A stretch of DNA of 64,000 bases from Zygnema circumcarinatum SAG 698-1b (lineage: Eukaryota; Plantae; Zygnematophyceae): contig CM074806.1 of the NCBI GenBank assembly GCA_037447605.1, positions 3,782,001 through 3,846,000 on the forward strand. The letters run 5' to 3'. Every line of letters starts with the position of its first letter. Position 1 is the first letter of the stretch. Shown in pieces: positions 1 to 12,639 of this stretch. Under the pieces are notes generated by a model. The model had not been told where the DNA came from, searched no databases, and saw only the letters and a program-made list of their open reading frames with translations. Both the position numbers and the translations under genes were made by a program.

Positions 1-46
1 ATCACAGAGGCCTCAGCCGCTCCTCTCTAGTGTTTGTTATCTGCGT

Positions 47-3000
47 ATGGAGTCATCGCTTAGACAGGCTTCTATAAATTCTGGCGTTCGAAGTGTTATA
101 GATAGCACCGCTGCGATGAAGTTAGTCGCCGCGTCTAGAATTCCTTTCTTCTCCAAGTTGAGCTGTTTCTTCTGTACTCCGCAAGGACTAGGGGTCGGCC
201 TTAGAGCTCGCTCTCGGTCTGATGCGGTTTTTGGCTCACTGAGAAAAACTAAAGGTCAGAGAGCTCTTCGTTTCCTTGTTGAAGCAAAATTTAGAGTTTT
301 GATGTGTGCTTTGCTTTGTGATCGTCCTATTAACCGTGCAGAAATGCCTTGCTCTGCAGTTTACCGAAATAGCTATTGTTCTGCAATTAAATCATCCCTA
401 GCGCAATTATGTGATTAACATGGTGATAAGGACCAAGTGATAAGGAGAGCAAAGTGAATTTTCCTATATTGTTTGTACAAAGGAGTTTTACTTAACCCAT
501 TCCTATGCGTCTCGTCCGGGTAACCCAAAAAACGTCGTTCGAGCAGAGTTACATAGGGTAAGCCATGCAATATGAAATGCATGCATGCCACTGTCTTAGC
601 CGATGGCCATGAACCTCAGACATTTTGAAGCTCTATATGTCTTTCACTTAATTCACCCATCCTGGAAGCTCCATTCTGCTTTTCGACGCTACTGATCGCT
701 CTTCAAATGTATCCTGACCATTCGATTTTCTCTTTGGACTTAATTACAGGAGAGGTTTATGTGCAACATGGTGCCAAGCGGAGTTTTATATGCCGAGCCT
801 ACAAAAATCCATCAAGCGATTCTCAGTCACCTTTGCAGCAGGAGCGGGCACCAACAACCCCACTTGATCAGCTCTATCCCTCAAATGGAGCAACTGATGC
901 ATCAAGTCTTGAAGAGAGTCGACCGCTCTCTGACAAGTCTGAAGACGATTTTGCTGACACCATCGGGGAAAATGGAAAGCCCCTGCATTTCGAGAACGCT
1001 GTTGTGGAGCCGCCCCCTCGACTTCGCTCCAAACGATATCGGAATAATGTGCTTTGGCTCCTTGGTCTCCGACTGCAACTAAAGAGAGAGATTGAAAAGG
1101 TTCTGAAGAGTGAACTTTCGAGGCGCGTCGTTGTCACCATGTTCTTCTTGGCCCTTAGTCGAGTGGGACAATGCGTTCTTCTTCCTGGTTTTGATCGACA
1201 GTTGTTGACCGCATCGAGGGGTCCGCGTGGAGGGGATGCTGGTGAGTTAGCTTCATTTGCGATGGTTGCCATAACTTGAGCCATTTGCGATCGTATGAAT
1301 TCACAGGAGTGCGTTAGACCTGAGCTACACTCTCTATTGCATCTTGATGAAGTAGTTCTTGCTATTTTCTAACGACGTGTTGTGAGGTTCACGTACTAGG
1401 ACATCGTCTGTGATCCTGTACAATGCATCCGCAAGGTATCTTTCAGTAGTTTGGCGCAGGTTCCTCCAGCGTTTCATACTTTTGAGGTGCTTCATGAGCT
1501 ACGCTTTAGTAACAAAGTCAATTGAAACAAAATGGATAGAAGGACATGCAGGATCAGTCTTCGTGTTCACTGTACCTTGAACCTTTCATATTGCAGTGAC
1601 CTTAACCATAGCCTGGTCTTAGTATGCCCGTTTGACCACATATGCAGGACGTACATAGATTGTTAACTTTGGTCAGACAAGCCAAATTCTTTCCTATCAT
1701 TTCCATAGTTGGAAGGAATGGCCTGTTCATTCCTTTTTGTGTTTGTTCAATCATGTTTTGTACAAGGACACACAAGATCATAGCTGTCCTCAGGTGATCC
1801 TTCCTGATACATGTTTGGGGGCTCGATATGCAGCCGGTCTTGAGGAATTGCTGCAGTCAGGAATACCGGTGAACCTTTTCCATATTGGATTGTTTCCATT
1901 CATCTTCGCCTCCGTCTTCGTAGAGGTTTGTCCCAATTTTATTGCCTCAAGGCGGGCAACTGTATTTGGTATGGAAAGTATCTATACAAGTTTGGCTGAC
2001 GCATACGTTAGTTAAACAGTTGGGTTTCGCTAATCTCTGCCGGTGACTTCATTTTCTGGTATTCTTGTGTTTCAATGCATTCGAAAGGCATCTGTAACAA
2101 TTGTGATCTTGGGGAAGCATTGGATCGCATGGAGTAATGTGGACGGTTGGTGGCGCAGGCACTAGTGGAGCTGAAGGCTGTGGAGTCATGGAGCAAGCTC
2201 AAGGAAGAAGGGAGGCAGGGCATGGAGAAACTTAAAGAATATATGTGAGGTCACTGAAACTCTGTTCGCTAAGCTTGAGGCCAAAGCAGAGAGCTGTGCA
2301 GCGGCTTTCTGGAGTGGGCTTTAACAATGAGTTACTCGAGGAGTTCAATACAAAGCATTCAAACTCCTGTGTTCGCTTTTTTTTTTCAAGTTACTGTTGT
2401 CGTTTCTATCTTATGTTTTACAAGGAATGACTCAATTGAACTGAACTTCAGTGAGTTGGCCATTTCTACAGTATGGAAGCTTGACTTTGAACATACCAAC
2501 ACGGCCAGCCTCAGATTGCCAAATTAATGGGTTAAACACAGTTTGTACGTATGCTTTCTTCATGCAATCATCGCTTGCCGGGGACGGGTTCGAGGGGAAT
2601 GCAGATGGAGAATCTCCGGCGTTGCAGCCGTTGTGTTTGGAGCTGGGCAGGCAGTGCTGCTCCGAGATTTCTCAGTATTCAGCTCTTCCAGCCCGTAAGT
2701 CCTCGACACTTGTCAATTGAAAACCGGCAAATGCAATAATAAACGATACATTAGATAGAAATTACATTCTTTTGTATTCGGGATGGTGAAGAACAGAAAC
2801 GGTTATGTTTGGGGAATACAAACGGAAAGGTGAGAAAACGGAGAGAGTAAAAGAGGTGTATTCTACTTAAGGGATATTATGTTTGGAGGGGTGCATAACC
2901 TTTCTGCAACTTTTCGGTAGCAGACAGTGACAAAATTGAGATATTTGAGACAGTGGCATAGAAAGAGAATTAAGAGAATGAGCTTCAATGTCTGACAACG

Positions 3001-6000
3001 TCTCTTTGGGAGTTCCTTCAATTGAAGAAGGAGCCAACTGGAAGGAGACGGACACAGCCACAAGGGTGTATATGTAGAATTCCGTATAGCGTAATGCTTG
3101 ATTGAGTCGCTATACAGTCCTTGCAAGCATCGGGGGCTGAATAAGACATGGAGAGCTGCATTGCATGCAATGTGTGCTGCATCTTTTTTAGAAGTGTATC
3201 AAACTGGTCACGGAGTTCACACACGTGAGAAATCAAGAGCCCGTACGCTGTGATTTTTGGTTGCATGATGTCTGACGTGGAGAGTGTGCTGGGGCCTCTT
3301 CATCAGGGTGAAGTACTACTTCTGGACAACAGCTTGGCTAGCGTTAGGAGCCATTATTTACCATTGGATTGGGGATCGCATCACGGAAGATGGATTTGGT
3401 GAGTTAAGATACCGCAATAACGTGGAAATCGTTTGTCACAAGTGGATGGGTATTTATTTTTAAGATGGTTCTGGCTGCATAGTCAGTGTGCTTTCAAAAG
3501 TCACGTGTCATGCGAAAAGCCTCCCCTCACTGCACATTCGTTCCAAAGCTTTCCCCAGAGGCTTTCTCAGGTGACTCTTTCTCTGTCCTCCTTTCCGTCC
3601 TTGGGCCTACTGATTCCTCCTGCTGGCAATTCTCCCTGGAGTTGTTTCCAGTCCTACTGATTCACAGCTGAACTTGATGGCCACCTTTTATCGTCTACAT
3701 CTTTGGAAGGGTGTTTTTTTCACACTCTATTTCTTGCATCTCTTTTTTCCTGTGCTTAGACAACCTCCATTTAGGCTTCTCAGTTCGACGCTGTCACATG
3801 TTGAGATCTTCTGGAATGCCCATCACGAACAAGCTCGTCTACTTTACTACAGATCGAGATGTTGCAGTTTTGAACTGACTGAACCTGGTGTTCGGTTACT
3901 CTTGTTGCAGGACATGGAACGACAGTTCTGATATCATGCTCCATCATCACCGCGTCAACCGACTCCTTAGCGGCCATGTTTCGTAGTCTAGCAAGTGAGT
4001 ACTCCCTTACGCATTGCCGCTAATCCCTACCTCTGCATCACTTGCTATTCCATTTCTCCGTTCCCACAATTGTCGGACCTATTTCTGACTCATTCCTAGC
4101 CCTGCCCTGAACCCTGAACCCTGCAGACCTTCCTCCCTCCTCTGCCTGCTTCCTCGTCGCGGTTTGGGCTCTCTGCTTCCTCGGAATGACCGCGGGGGCC
4201 GCCGTCCTGCTCGGCGCAAAAAGGGACGTTGAGCTCGAATACTTCGACGCGGACTTTGTGGAGGGGGGAGGGTGAGATCAAAGATCACTCACTGCTCGTT
4301 CTGCCTGTACAGGATTTTTGGGGTCGGCTTTCCACGGGCTAGTTGTTTCAAGCTTGAGGAGTATTTGCCCTGTGCATTCCACTGAGCGTTACTGGCCACA
4401 GGTTTTTGGTTGCTTTCTGAGAGGAGTGAAAGCAGCGGCAGCGCTGCTTCTTTTGGGCAGACTGTGATTTCACAAGCAGTGGAGTGATGGATTAATTCTC
4501 AAAGACATCGGTTCGCAAGTTGCAGCTACCGCAGTACTATTTATGAATTACTCTTTTCTATTAGTTATGACCAATACAATGAAGTGGCAGCTATGTCCAT
4601 CCGCCGCGTGAGCCATCCGCGGAATGGGGAAGAGTGCCCTCTGTAGGATAGAGGCGTGTTTATCTAATGTAAGATGCCTATGCAACTGGACTTCTCTCGA
4701 AGGGAGGAGTATTGATGCAGCTCCTTACTGAAAAAGTGAATTCTTCTTGGTTTCATGGCGGGGGCAGGGGGGAGGAGGGGCTTGAAGGGCGGCCCTATGT
4801 ACCGTTTCCATTGACTCCGGATGGAGTAGCACCTGTCTTCTACACCTACTATGTGTTGGCCCTGCCCACCATTCTGCAGAGGTGAGCTCAAAGAAAGGAG
4901 ATAGAACAGGTGCCATTCGCCCCTTCCTTGCACCGAAAGAAGACTGAAGCCACTCTATCTGAGCTTGTGTGCAGTTCTTATTTTTTCTCCTTAAAACCCA
5001 CCACTACACATGGGTTCGATGCCTGCCATAGCAGCTTTTTGCTTTTGTTACTTGCATTGCTCCTAGTGTCGTATAGTAATAGGCCACAAGCAGGGACATT
5101 TTGTCCGTTTGTGTGCTCCCCGTTGCGGAATGTCATACTGACAATGACACGGTCGAGTGCATTGGGCCAATTCATCCTTGTGTTGGACAGTGTCGGCTTT
5201 GGCTTTCCAATTGAATTTGGACCCAACGTTCGCGGACCCGGACAGTTGTTGTATCACGCGCTCTTCATGCTCAGCGTTATTCTCTTCAGCGGCGTTGACA
5301 CTGTGAGGGCAACACTTTTCCCCCTCAGGTAGCAAGTAGATGTAATTTTTTTATTTGTGATAGTCATTCTGAACCGAAGGTTGTGTTTTATGTGGTTGTA
5401 TTGAGACCCTCATTTAACTCGATTAGATTTGCGTGTCTGTTACAGTTGCCTATTGCCCCTTTGTTGTTTCTTGTTCCATTCTCATGAAAGCTGCGGAGAG
5501 ATAAGCAAACTTTAAGTTACTTGGGGGAATGGTTCAATGCAGGCCAATGTGCCCGGGAAACTGTCGCAGTACATGGTCAAAATTGGTGCGCGTGTGCGAA
5601 AAAGTACGAGTCCAATGAGGAATGACAGCACTACTATACAGAGGATATGGCGCCGATGGTGTGAGTTGCTCTGCCTTCATTATTAAACTCACAATAGTCT
5701 GATGGGGCATCAAATGAAGGCAACAAAGCCTGCATTTCTTGGTTGTTTTGGGTTTTGTGAAAGAGTCAGCCCTAAGCTCAAGGTCTCATATCCTATTTTG
5801 TACATTGATGTACTTTAGAGTTGATCTGCTTCTCGAGAAGCGCATATCATCTTATCTGTTTTGTGGAGTTCTTTTTGTAGTCACCAAATATGTCTCGTTA
5901 CCTATTTATTTTTACTAAGAAAATGCCCAAGTCATGCTTCAGTCAGCTTCAGTATCGACGTGGGATCGTGCTTTTCAGTTGTTCAATTTAAGGGCTGTGG

Positions 6001-6939
6001 AATTCTGGTTTCACCATGCAAGCCATTGGTTGTTCAGGGAGAGATGTTTATATGACATGCTGTGGACTTTATTACGAAGCGAGTTTGAAATGAGCTAATG
6101 GAAGGCACTCGTGTGGGGGAGCGTGCTATATTTGGAGCAGGGAGGGGGCTAGGTTGGGGTTTGAGTCTCCTATTCTGGCCTCTTTTGAAGCCCTTTGGGA
6201 TCGATACGAGAGATGTGAATGCAAAGGTAGAGATGGTGGAGCAGAGTATCCGGGACCCCCCCAAACCTGGGGAAGAAACTGAACGCTACTTGCAGCGTGT
6301 GCAGCGAAGTGCTCGCTTCACTGGTAAGCCCTTCGTTTTGAGAGACTGAGTCACCCACGAGCGAAGTGATCAAGTAATGCCCTCCTTTGTGGAGGACGAC
6401 CTGTTCAAATGTAAATGCGCTTGTGTTGTGGTGTAACCAGTCCTCCTAGGCTTTCTTAGTTCAGAGCATGATGCGCGTACACGTTGCCTTAATACTCCAT
6501 AATATAATCAACTCTTTTACAAAAAAAAAATCTGTGGCAAATGCTCCCAGGTGGTGTGCTTTTAGCGATTCTCTCAGTTGCGTCAAACTGTCTCGACAAC
6601 TTCCTTCAGGGGTACTTGAAGGGTTCAAGCATTGGCTTCACCTCTATGCTAATCATCGTAAGGATCTTTGCCCTTAACTTTGCAACCCAGCAGGTCGGGA
6701 TGTGTGTGAGCCGTTAAATATATGACAGTGTGAAGTATTGGGAGTCATCCTTGTGCAGCCCCTTGTTTGCCAGCCAAGTATCGCCTTCCTAGTCTCGGTC
6801 TGAACCGGCTTTTGGAACTGGACGGGTCTATTCGCAGGTTGGTTCTGTAATTGCGATGAAGCGGACATACGAAGCTTATCAGCAGATGCCTCAGCTCGAG
6901 CAGATTATTGCGAAGTACAAGTTTGATCTTGGAGCATAA
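47..6939 (+). CDS. SCY2: Plastid inner-envelope preprotein translocase SecY2 (SCY2), 14 coding exons: 47-254, 750-1241, 1834-1925, 2159-~2243, ~2606-2693, ~3307-3401, ~3911-3993, ~4126-4271, 4768-4881, 5191-5302, 5543-5660, 6141-6323, 6551-6657, 6838-6939
   Basis: Spliced translation gives a Ser/Arg-rich transit-like N-terminus, then KSELSRRVVVTMFFLALSRVGQCVLLPGFDR, VNLFHIGLFPFIFAS, LKEEGRQGMEKLKEYIW, WIGDRITEDGFGHGTTVLI, PYVPFPLTPDGVAP, ANVPGKLSQYMVKIGAR, KPGEETERYLQRVQRSARFTGG and SIGFTSMLIIVGSVIAMKRTYEAY. These follow the SecY motif order and match my recollection of the SCY2 subfamily rather than SCY1. Intron phases I checked are compatible. Confidence 0.92.
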
Positions 6940-9009
6940 TCCTTAAGGTGCCAACAAGGACAAGGCGACCTTTCATGCTGCCAACACTCTCTCTGTGATC
7001 TCCTTCTCCACTTAGTTTAATGAGAAATGAAGAGGGGAAAAGCTGTCTGCCCAGCCAAAAGCTGTCTGTGCCAATCAAGGCCGAGGCTTCCTGAAATTGG
7101 CACCGCAGGTCCAGCCTCGTGGAATACCCCCGAAAATGAACTGTTTCAATCCTTTCATGCACTCATTTGAGGTGCACCGCTGAGTGGTTTTTACCATGCT
7201 GAAGCCTGTCTATAGTCTATTCTATTCACAGCTGCAGCATAATCTGCAGAGCCAAATAGTGGCTCCGGAAAATAAGGGGCGAATTAAGCGAGGATAATTG
7301 TCGGAATCGGAGGTAGCTATGGGGCCACTTAGCTGAAAGGCGGGGAGTGGTGGAATGTGGAGAGGAAGCGGGTGTAGCTGCTTGGCTTGAAGCCTCGAGC
7401 TGAGGGAGCCGGTCCTTGCAAGTGAGCTTGCGGCTTCGTATCATTCTTCCCAAGGTCAGAACCCTCATCCTACACAGATTTTCCCGGATCCAAAAGCGTC
7501 GGAAGGTCGTACAGTTATCCTTTTGATCGGTGTTGTGCTGCGTCTACTTAGGCTTTTCTGCTTTTGGATTCTTCAGTTTTCTCGTTACTCTAAACTGGCG
7601 ACCAAAGCCAGAAAACCATTCTTTGTGTCTTCAGTCAGGCGCTTACTCTTCATGTTCTGGGCGGATGCATTCCATATTGTGCAGGCGACTGCGACAAAAG
7701 CAGGACAACTCGAAAATGGTCATTCTGCATTCTCACTTGGAATTCATCAACTTCATAATGGATCAGCCATTATGACAAGTCTTTTTTTTTTTTTTTTTTG
7801 TTTTTCCTATTCCGAAAAAAATGGATGGTTTACAGTGATTGTAGTCTTCAGTTTTTGACGAGTCCTAAAGTGAAAACTGAATGTGGTATGCTTTTGGCGA
7901 AGGGTATCGCCTTTTTCCATGCTCCATCTTTGAGTGTTTCACGAGGCGGGTCGTACGTGCCCTTATGTAAAATAATTACACCTCACGTAAGAAACCTACT
8001 TGACGAGTGATAGATGTCGTATGGAGCTCCAACTGCGTCTTATAGTTCGAACACATAACTGCAGCGAGCAGTCACAAAGTCACGAGATTCAACCGACGGC
8101 AACAACGTTTTTTGTGCTGTGCTGATTACATGTCAGCATTTCAAAAAAAACCTGCCGACGTATGGTTTTCGAAGTTACACGAGCACTTCAAAAGTCGTGA
8201 TTAGTATAAGAATACGCGTTCCGTCCCGATTCCATAATTGACGCGTTACTTAAAGCGTAAGGTGGAAACATATTTTTTAAATGCTGCAAGCACGGTTCCA
8301 TCAGCGTGAAGATTTCTCCCTCCCCGTGGCTCTGTTTTCCAAGGCAGCGGAGAAACTCTGGTTCCATATCCTTCGCGCCATCTCAACTTCGTAGGAAACA
8401 GGCGACCCTTCTCTTTCCTCACTGACGGCTCGTCCCTCGAAACCAATATCAATTCTGGTCCCAATTTTTGTCTGCAATTATCCACATTGGAAAACTCGAT
8501 ATGGAATTTACGGTTCCCTTCAGTACGAGATCGAAAAATCATCACAAATTGTCATCAATGGAGACATCAATCCGCATGGTGCTGGCACAGACCGACTAGG
8601 CACGATCATAACAACGACAGAGATCACATTTTTCTCCATTATCGCTTATAGCGTGAAGGCAATTTACATTAAAGTATTGAGACCCGCGATAAGCTTTTGC
8701 GGTCGCGGGACCGCCTAGAGAAAGTGACTTCAGCGACTTAACATCGACGTGAGCGCGGGGCTTATATGTGCCCCACTTATTTTGAAAGAAAATGGGAAAA
8801 AAAAAATATTGAAAAGCTTGGGCACTTGGCTGCCCCAGAAAGCGCCTTGTGGCTGCTTCCTTTCGTCAATCGACCCACCTTCAAAAGCATCACCTTTACA
8901 AAGTATAGCGTATGTCTACTCCATGCATTGGAACATGCCTCCCTCATAAATTAATTATACTTCTCCTCCTCCCACCGCTCCCTCTCCCTCCCTCCCTCTC
9001 CCTCCCTCC

Positions 9010-9945
9010 CTACACCGGTGTCCGCACCCCCTTGAGCCGCGGCGTGTCGCCGAGCAGCCCCGCCATCCACGCCCACATGGAGGAGGGCCGCCCCTCGCCC
9101 GCCTTGGAGGAGGAGAAAGACTGCCGCCATGGCTCGGAAGCTTCGGAGCTTTCTTCGAGCTCCGCCGCCTCCTCCGCCAGCAGCAGCGCCTCCTCCTGCA
9201 GCCGCAGGGCCGCCAGGACCTGCTCCGCCTGCATCACTCCCCACGCCGCCTCCTTCACACGTGCGCGTGCAGCTTCCATCCTCAGCTCGTCACAGGCAAC
9301 CTCCGCATCTGCACATTCGACAATTAGAAACCAAAAGGTTAAGTGACAGTTGAGGAAATTTCAATATGCGGAAAAGAAATTTGCAAACTTACTAGCCTCC
9401 CCTCCCCCTCTCCCCACGCCCGAGAGAGAGCGGCACTCACCATGGCAGATCGCACGTGCGGGCAAGCTCATGGTCCTCGAAAGGCCCCTTCGGGGAAGCT
9501 GCACATCCGCGTATCCTGCGGAGGCGGTCCGCAGCAAGCAGCTCTGCCTTCCCCCATCCTCCCGCCATGGCTGGCACTCCTCCTTCTCTTCCTCCAACCT
9601 CCCTACTGCCTCCTCGCTCCTCCTCTCGTAGAACCTTTGCCAGCCATCCTCCTCTCCTTCGTCGTCCGAGCCGCTTCCCATCCCCCCATCATCCCCAAGC
9701 CTCCTGAGCATGTCCCAGTCCTCCACAAAGCCCACGGGATCCATCACCCTCCACTCCTCCTCCGACCATCCCTCTACGCCGAACCTCTCCTCGGTCACGT
9801 CGGCCATGTCCGCCTCCTGCCCCTCTGCCGAGCGCGCCTCCGGGAAGTCGAACACGTTGGTAGGAGAGGTGGGCGGGGAGAAGTGCCGGTAGCAGGCTCC
9901 GGCAGCCGCCTTGACCTCTGCGAGCTCTCCTCCGCGGCAGTCCAT
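9010..9945 (-). CDS. Unknown family protein, paralogue A (exons 9945-9441, 9308-9010; 267 aa)
   Basis: Phase-1 GTGAGT...GTGCAG intron joins two open exons with a total length divisible by 3. Contains SPTNVFDFPE, LSRTMSLP and ACDELRMEAARARVKEAAWGVMQAEQVLAAL, shared with the two neighbouring paralogues. Confidence 0.85.
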
Positions 9946-10699
9946 GGCGGCCCGTACTGCTACAGCTGCGCAGAGGCTCCGCTCAGTACAGCGCTTGGCT
10001 GGAAGTCCGCTTGGCCCTCAGGCTCCCCCTATATCTATGTATATATGTATGCTTGCATGTACGTACGGGATGTACGTATGTATGGTTCAGGCATGGGGGG
10101 AAGGGCAAGGATTCGGGGCAGGGGGGATGCACCGGGACCTGGGGTGCCAGGGGGGCGGGAGCCGCGTCAGGGACGGATTGAGCTGACGAGGATGGTGGGA
10201 TTGGACCAATGAGAGGCGCCATAAAGATAGGCTTTGGATTGCATCGGCAAGGGGAGGGGGGAGGTGGAGATTTGGAGGAGGATTTTCAGGGGATCTGGTT
10301 GGTCCATTAAATGAAGGAGGATCTAAAAGATTTGAAACGAATCTAATAATTTGGCGTATCCTGGGTTTGGTGGGGGACAGTGCCACATTTGGCGAATAGT
10401 GTGGCAGAGAAAGGTATGAACACGTCGGACAGATCTGATACTGCTCAATAATGTCGGTGCCAAACACTGTGAAAGGATCGCGGGACAACATGCCAGGGTG
10501 GCGACAATGCTGTACGGAGATATCATTGACTGCCATACGCAAATAACTTACTAAGATATCAGTACTAGTACAATTGCACGATTTTGAAGTTACATGAGCT
10601 AACAATAAATGTACTGAATTCAAAAACAAACCTTGCCAGCACAAATCGTCTGCAACTCTTTCAAGATCGAGAGGTCTAATTAACAATAACCGTCGAGAT

Positions 10700-11300
10700 A
10701 CACAGCACGCCAAGCGACGACAAAGCTAAGTATCCGCCTCGGAACGATCGCCGCTCCGCGAATCTTTTCCCGCTCCGCCATTGGCTGCACAGGCCAAGGA
10801 GGATGGGCCGTACACTTCGTACAGTTTCCGTCCGCCTTCTGATGACGGGAGCGGACGGACTCTGACCGAAACGGTTACGAGGAGAGCGCTGATTGGCGGA
10901 CGCGGTGCCACAGTCACTGTACGGACATGTTTCGTACAATAAGCTCAGACAGTGTACGGCCCATTGATCCGCGTGTTCGCTCTGACGTGCTTGTGACCGT
11001 ACAGATATTTGTCCGGAGGTGCCGTACAGAACAGCGCCGTGTCAAGATCTTGTCTCGTCCACAAACGAAAAATCCAAACGGGGGGAATCCGGGCGGCGCA
11101 GACCGCACAGAGGCTCACCCCCGTCCGTCGCTGTCCGTCACTGTCCGTCGGCGGCACCTGCTCACGAGTCACGACAGAAACGCCAAAATCTGCCGCCCGG
11201 CCGCAACTGGGCCGCCCTGAAGCCGACCAGTTCTAACCTGGCGGACACGTGACCGAACCTGATTGGCCCTGTGCCAAACTTTTGTCTGTTCGCACAGGCC
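10700..11300. promoter_or_regulatory. GC/CpG- and GTAC-rich bidirectional promoter island between paralogues A and B
   Basis: Lies between two divergent starts. Repeated CGTAC/GTACG, TGGGCC, CCAAT-like ATTGG and ACGTG motifs. Confidence 0.55.
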
Positions 11301-11664
11301 AAGACTCCATGTCAGCATGCCCCTTGCCTTTGCTGACGTGGTGAACTCCGACTCCTCCAATCAGAGCGCCGAACAACCCTCCAAATGTTCCCGTTCCAGA
11401 GAGCGTGATGACGTGGCAGCAGAGCGCCCCTGCCATGATGGCGCGCAGGTGGCGCCGTATCATTCGCCGCGCGCCCATTGGCCCGCGTCCCCCTTGCCGC
11501 CATGCCGCCGGCTTTAAAGAAAACCGCCTCTTCTCGGAGGGAGGGAGGGAGAGAGAGAGGGAGAGGGAGAGGAGGAGAGAGAGGGAGGTAGCAGAAGCGG
11601 AGGCAGGAATACAAACAGTTTCTAAGGAAACAAAGATTAAAATTTGGGATAAGGAAGGAGCAGA

Positions 11665-12639
11665 ATGAAGGGCGCGCGGGCAGCCATGGAGGGGGGAGGC
11701 GAGTGCGTGCTCGGGGGAGGGGACGGTGCAGAGATACTGGGGAGCAGCGCTTCCAGAGGGCTTCCGTGCTTGAAGACGCCGCGGAGTGAGAGGGAGGCCG
11801 AGGGGGGCGATGCGAACTCCCCCTCGACTCCCTTCGACTTCCCCGACGGCGGCGAGGAGGACCGCGGCGCGGAGAAGGGGAAGGGCGGGCGGTGCTCTGC
11901 GCCGGGGTCGCCTCTGAATGGGAGGCGGCAGGACATGGCGGGGGGGGGAGGAGGGGGGGGGAGGGCGAGGAGGGAGGGGAGGGGCGGGGAAGAGGACAGT
12001 GGGAGCTTTGGGGGCGACGAGCAGGCCTTCGCCGCAAGGCGGCTCGACCGCTCGGCGAGCCTGCCGATGCATCTCGTGTGGAAAGGTGAGGGAGGTCCTG
12101 CATTAGGCTAAGCTCGAATTATAGAAACGGCGGCATTTTATGATGCGGAGCACGCTAAAGCGCAGGCTACAGAGAACAATGCTGACTTGTTCAGACATGC
12201 TTGTGCTTCTCCAAGTCGATTATCTCCTTTTCGCTGTTTTTTTTTTTGTTGTTGTACGGTATTGGAGCAGGTCGACGTTGGTGCTGTTCCTAGATCTGAC
12301 CTTTGCCTTCTCGTTCTCACGGCAGATGCCGAGGCGGCCTGCGATGAGCTGACGATGGAGGCCGCGCGGATGCGCGTAAAGCACGCCGCGTGGCGCGTGA
12401 TGGAGGCGGAGCAGGCCGTGGCGGCGCTGACGGGCTCCTTCCGGCGGAGCCAAACCATGAGGACGGGCGGCGGCCGGCAGGGGGCGGACCCCCCTCGCCA
12501 GTCGCGATCGTTCCTTCCGGCTATACGGTCGTGGCGCACACTGTGGGCAGCCATAGCCGGACCACGAAGCAGCAGCAGCAGCAGCAGAAGCAGCAGCAAA
12601 ACGGGTTCAGATGAGGCAAAAGCGGCAAGGAGGGGATAA
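11665..12639 (+). CDS. Unknown family protein, paralogue B (exons 11665-12085, 12326-12639; 244 aa)
   Basis: Same phase-1 intron position as A and C. Contains SPSTPFDFPD, LDRSASLP and ACDELTMEAARMRVKHAAWRVMEAEQAVAAL. Confidence 0.85.

Noticed and set aside
1300-4050. Stop-interrupted minus-strand frames that looked like a decayed transposon
   Set aside because: The region is explained by SCY2 exons and introns on the plus strand, and I found no transposase or RT motif.
7200-8560. Short ORFs between SCY2 and paralogue A
   Set aside because: No recognisable product or coherent exon chain; likely convergent 3' UTR or intergenic DNA.
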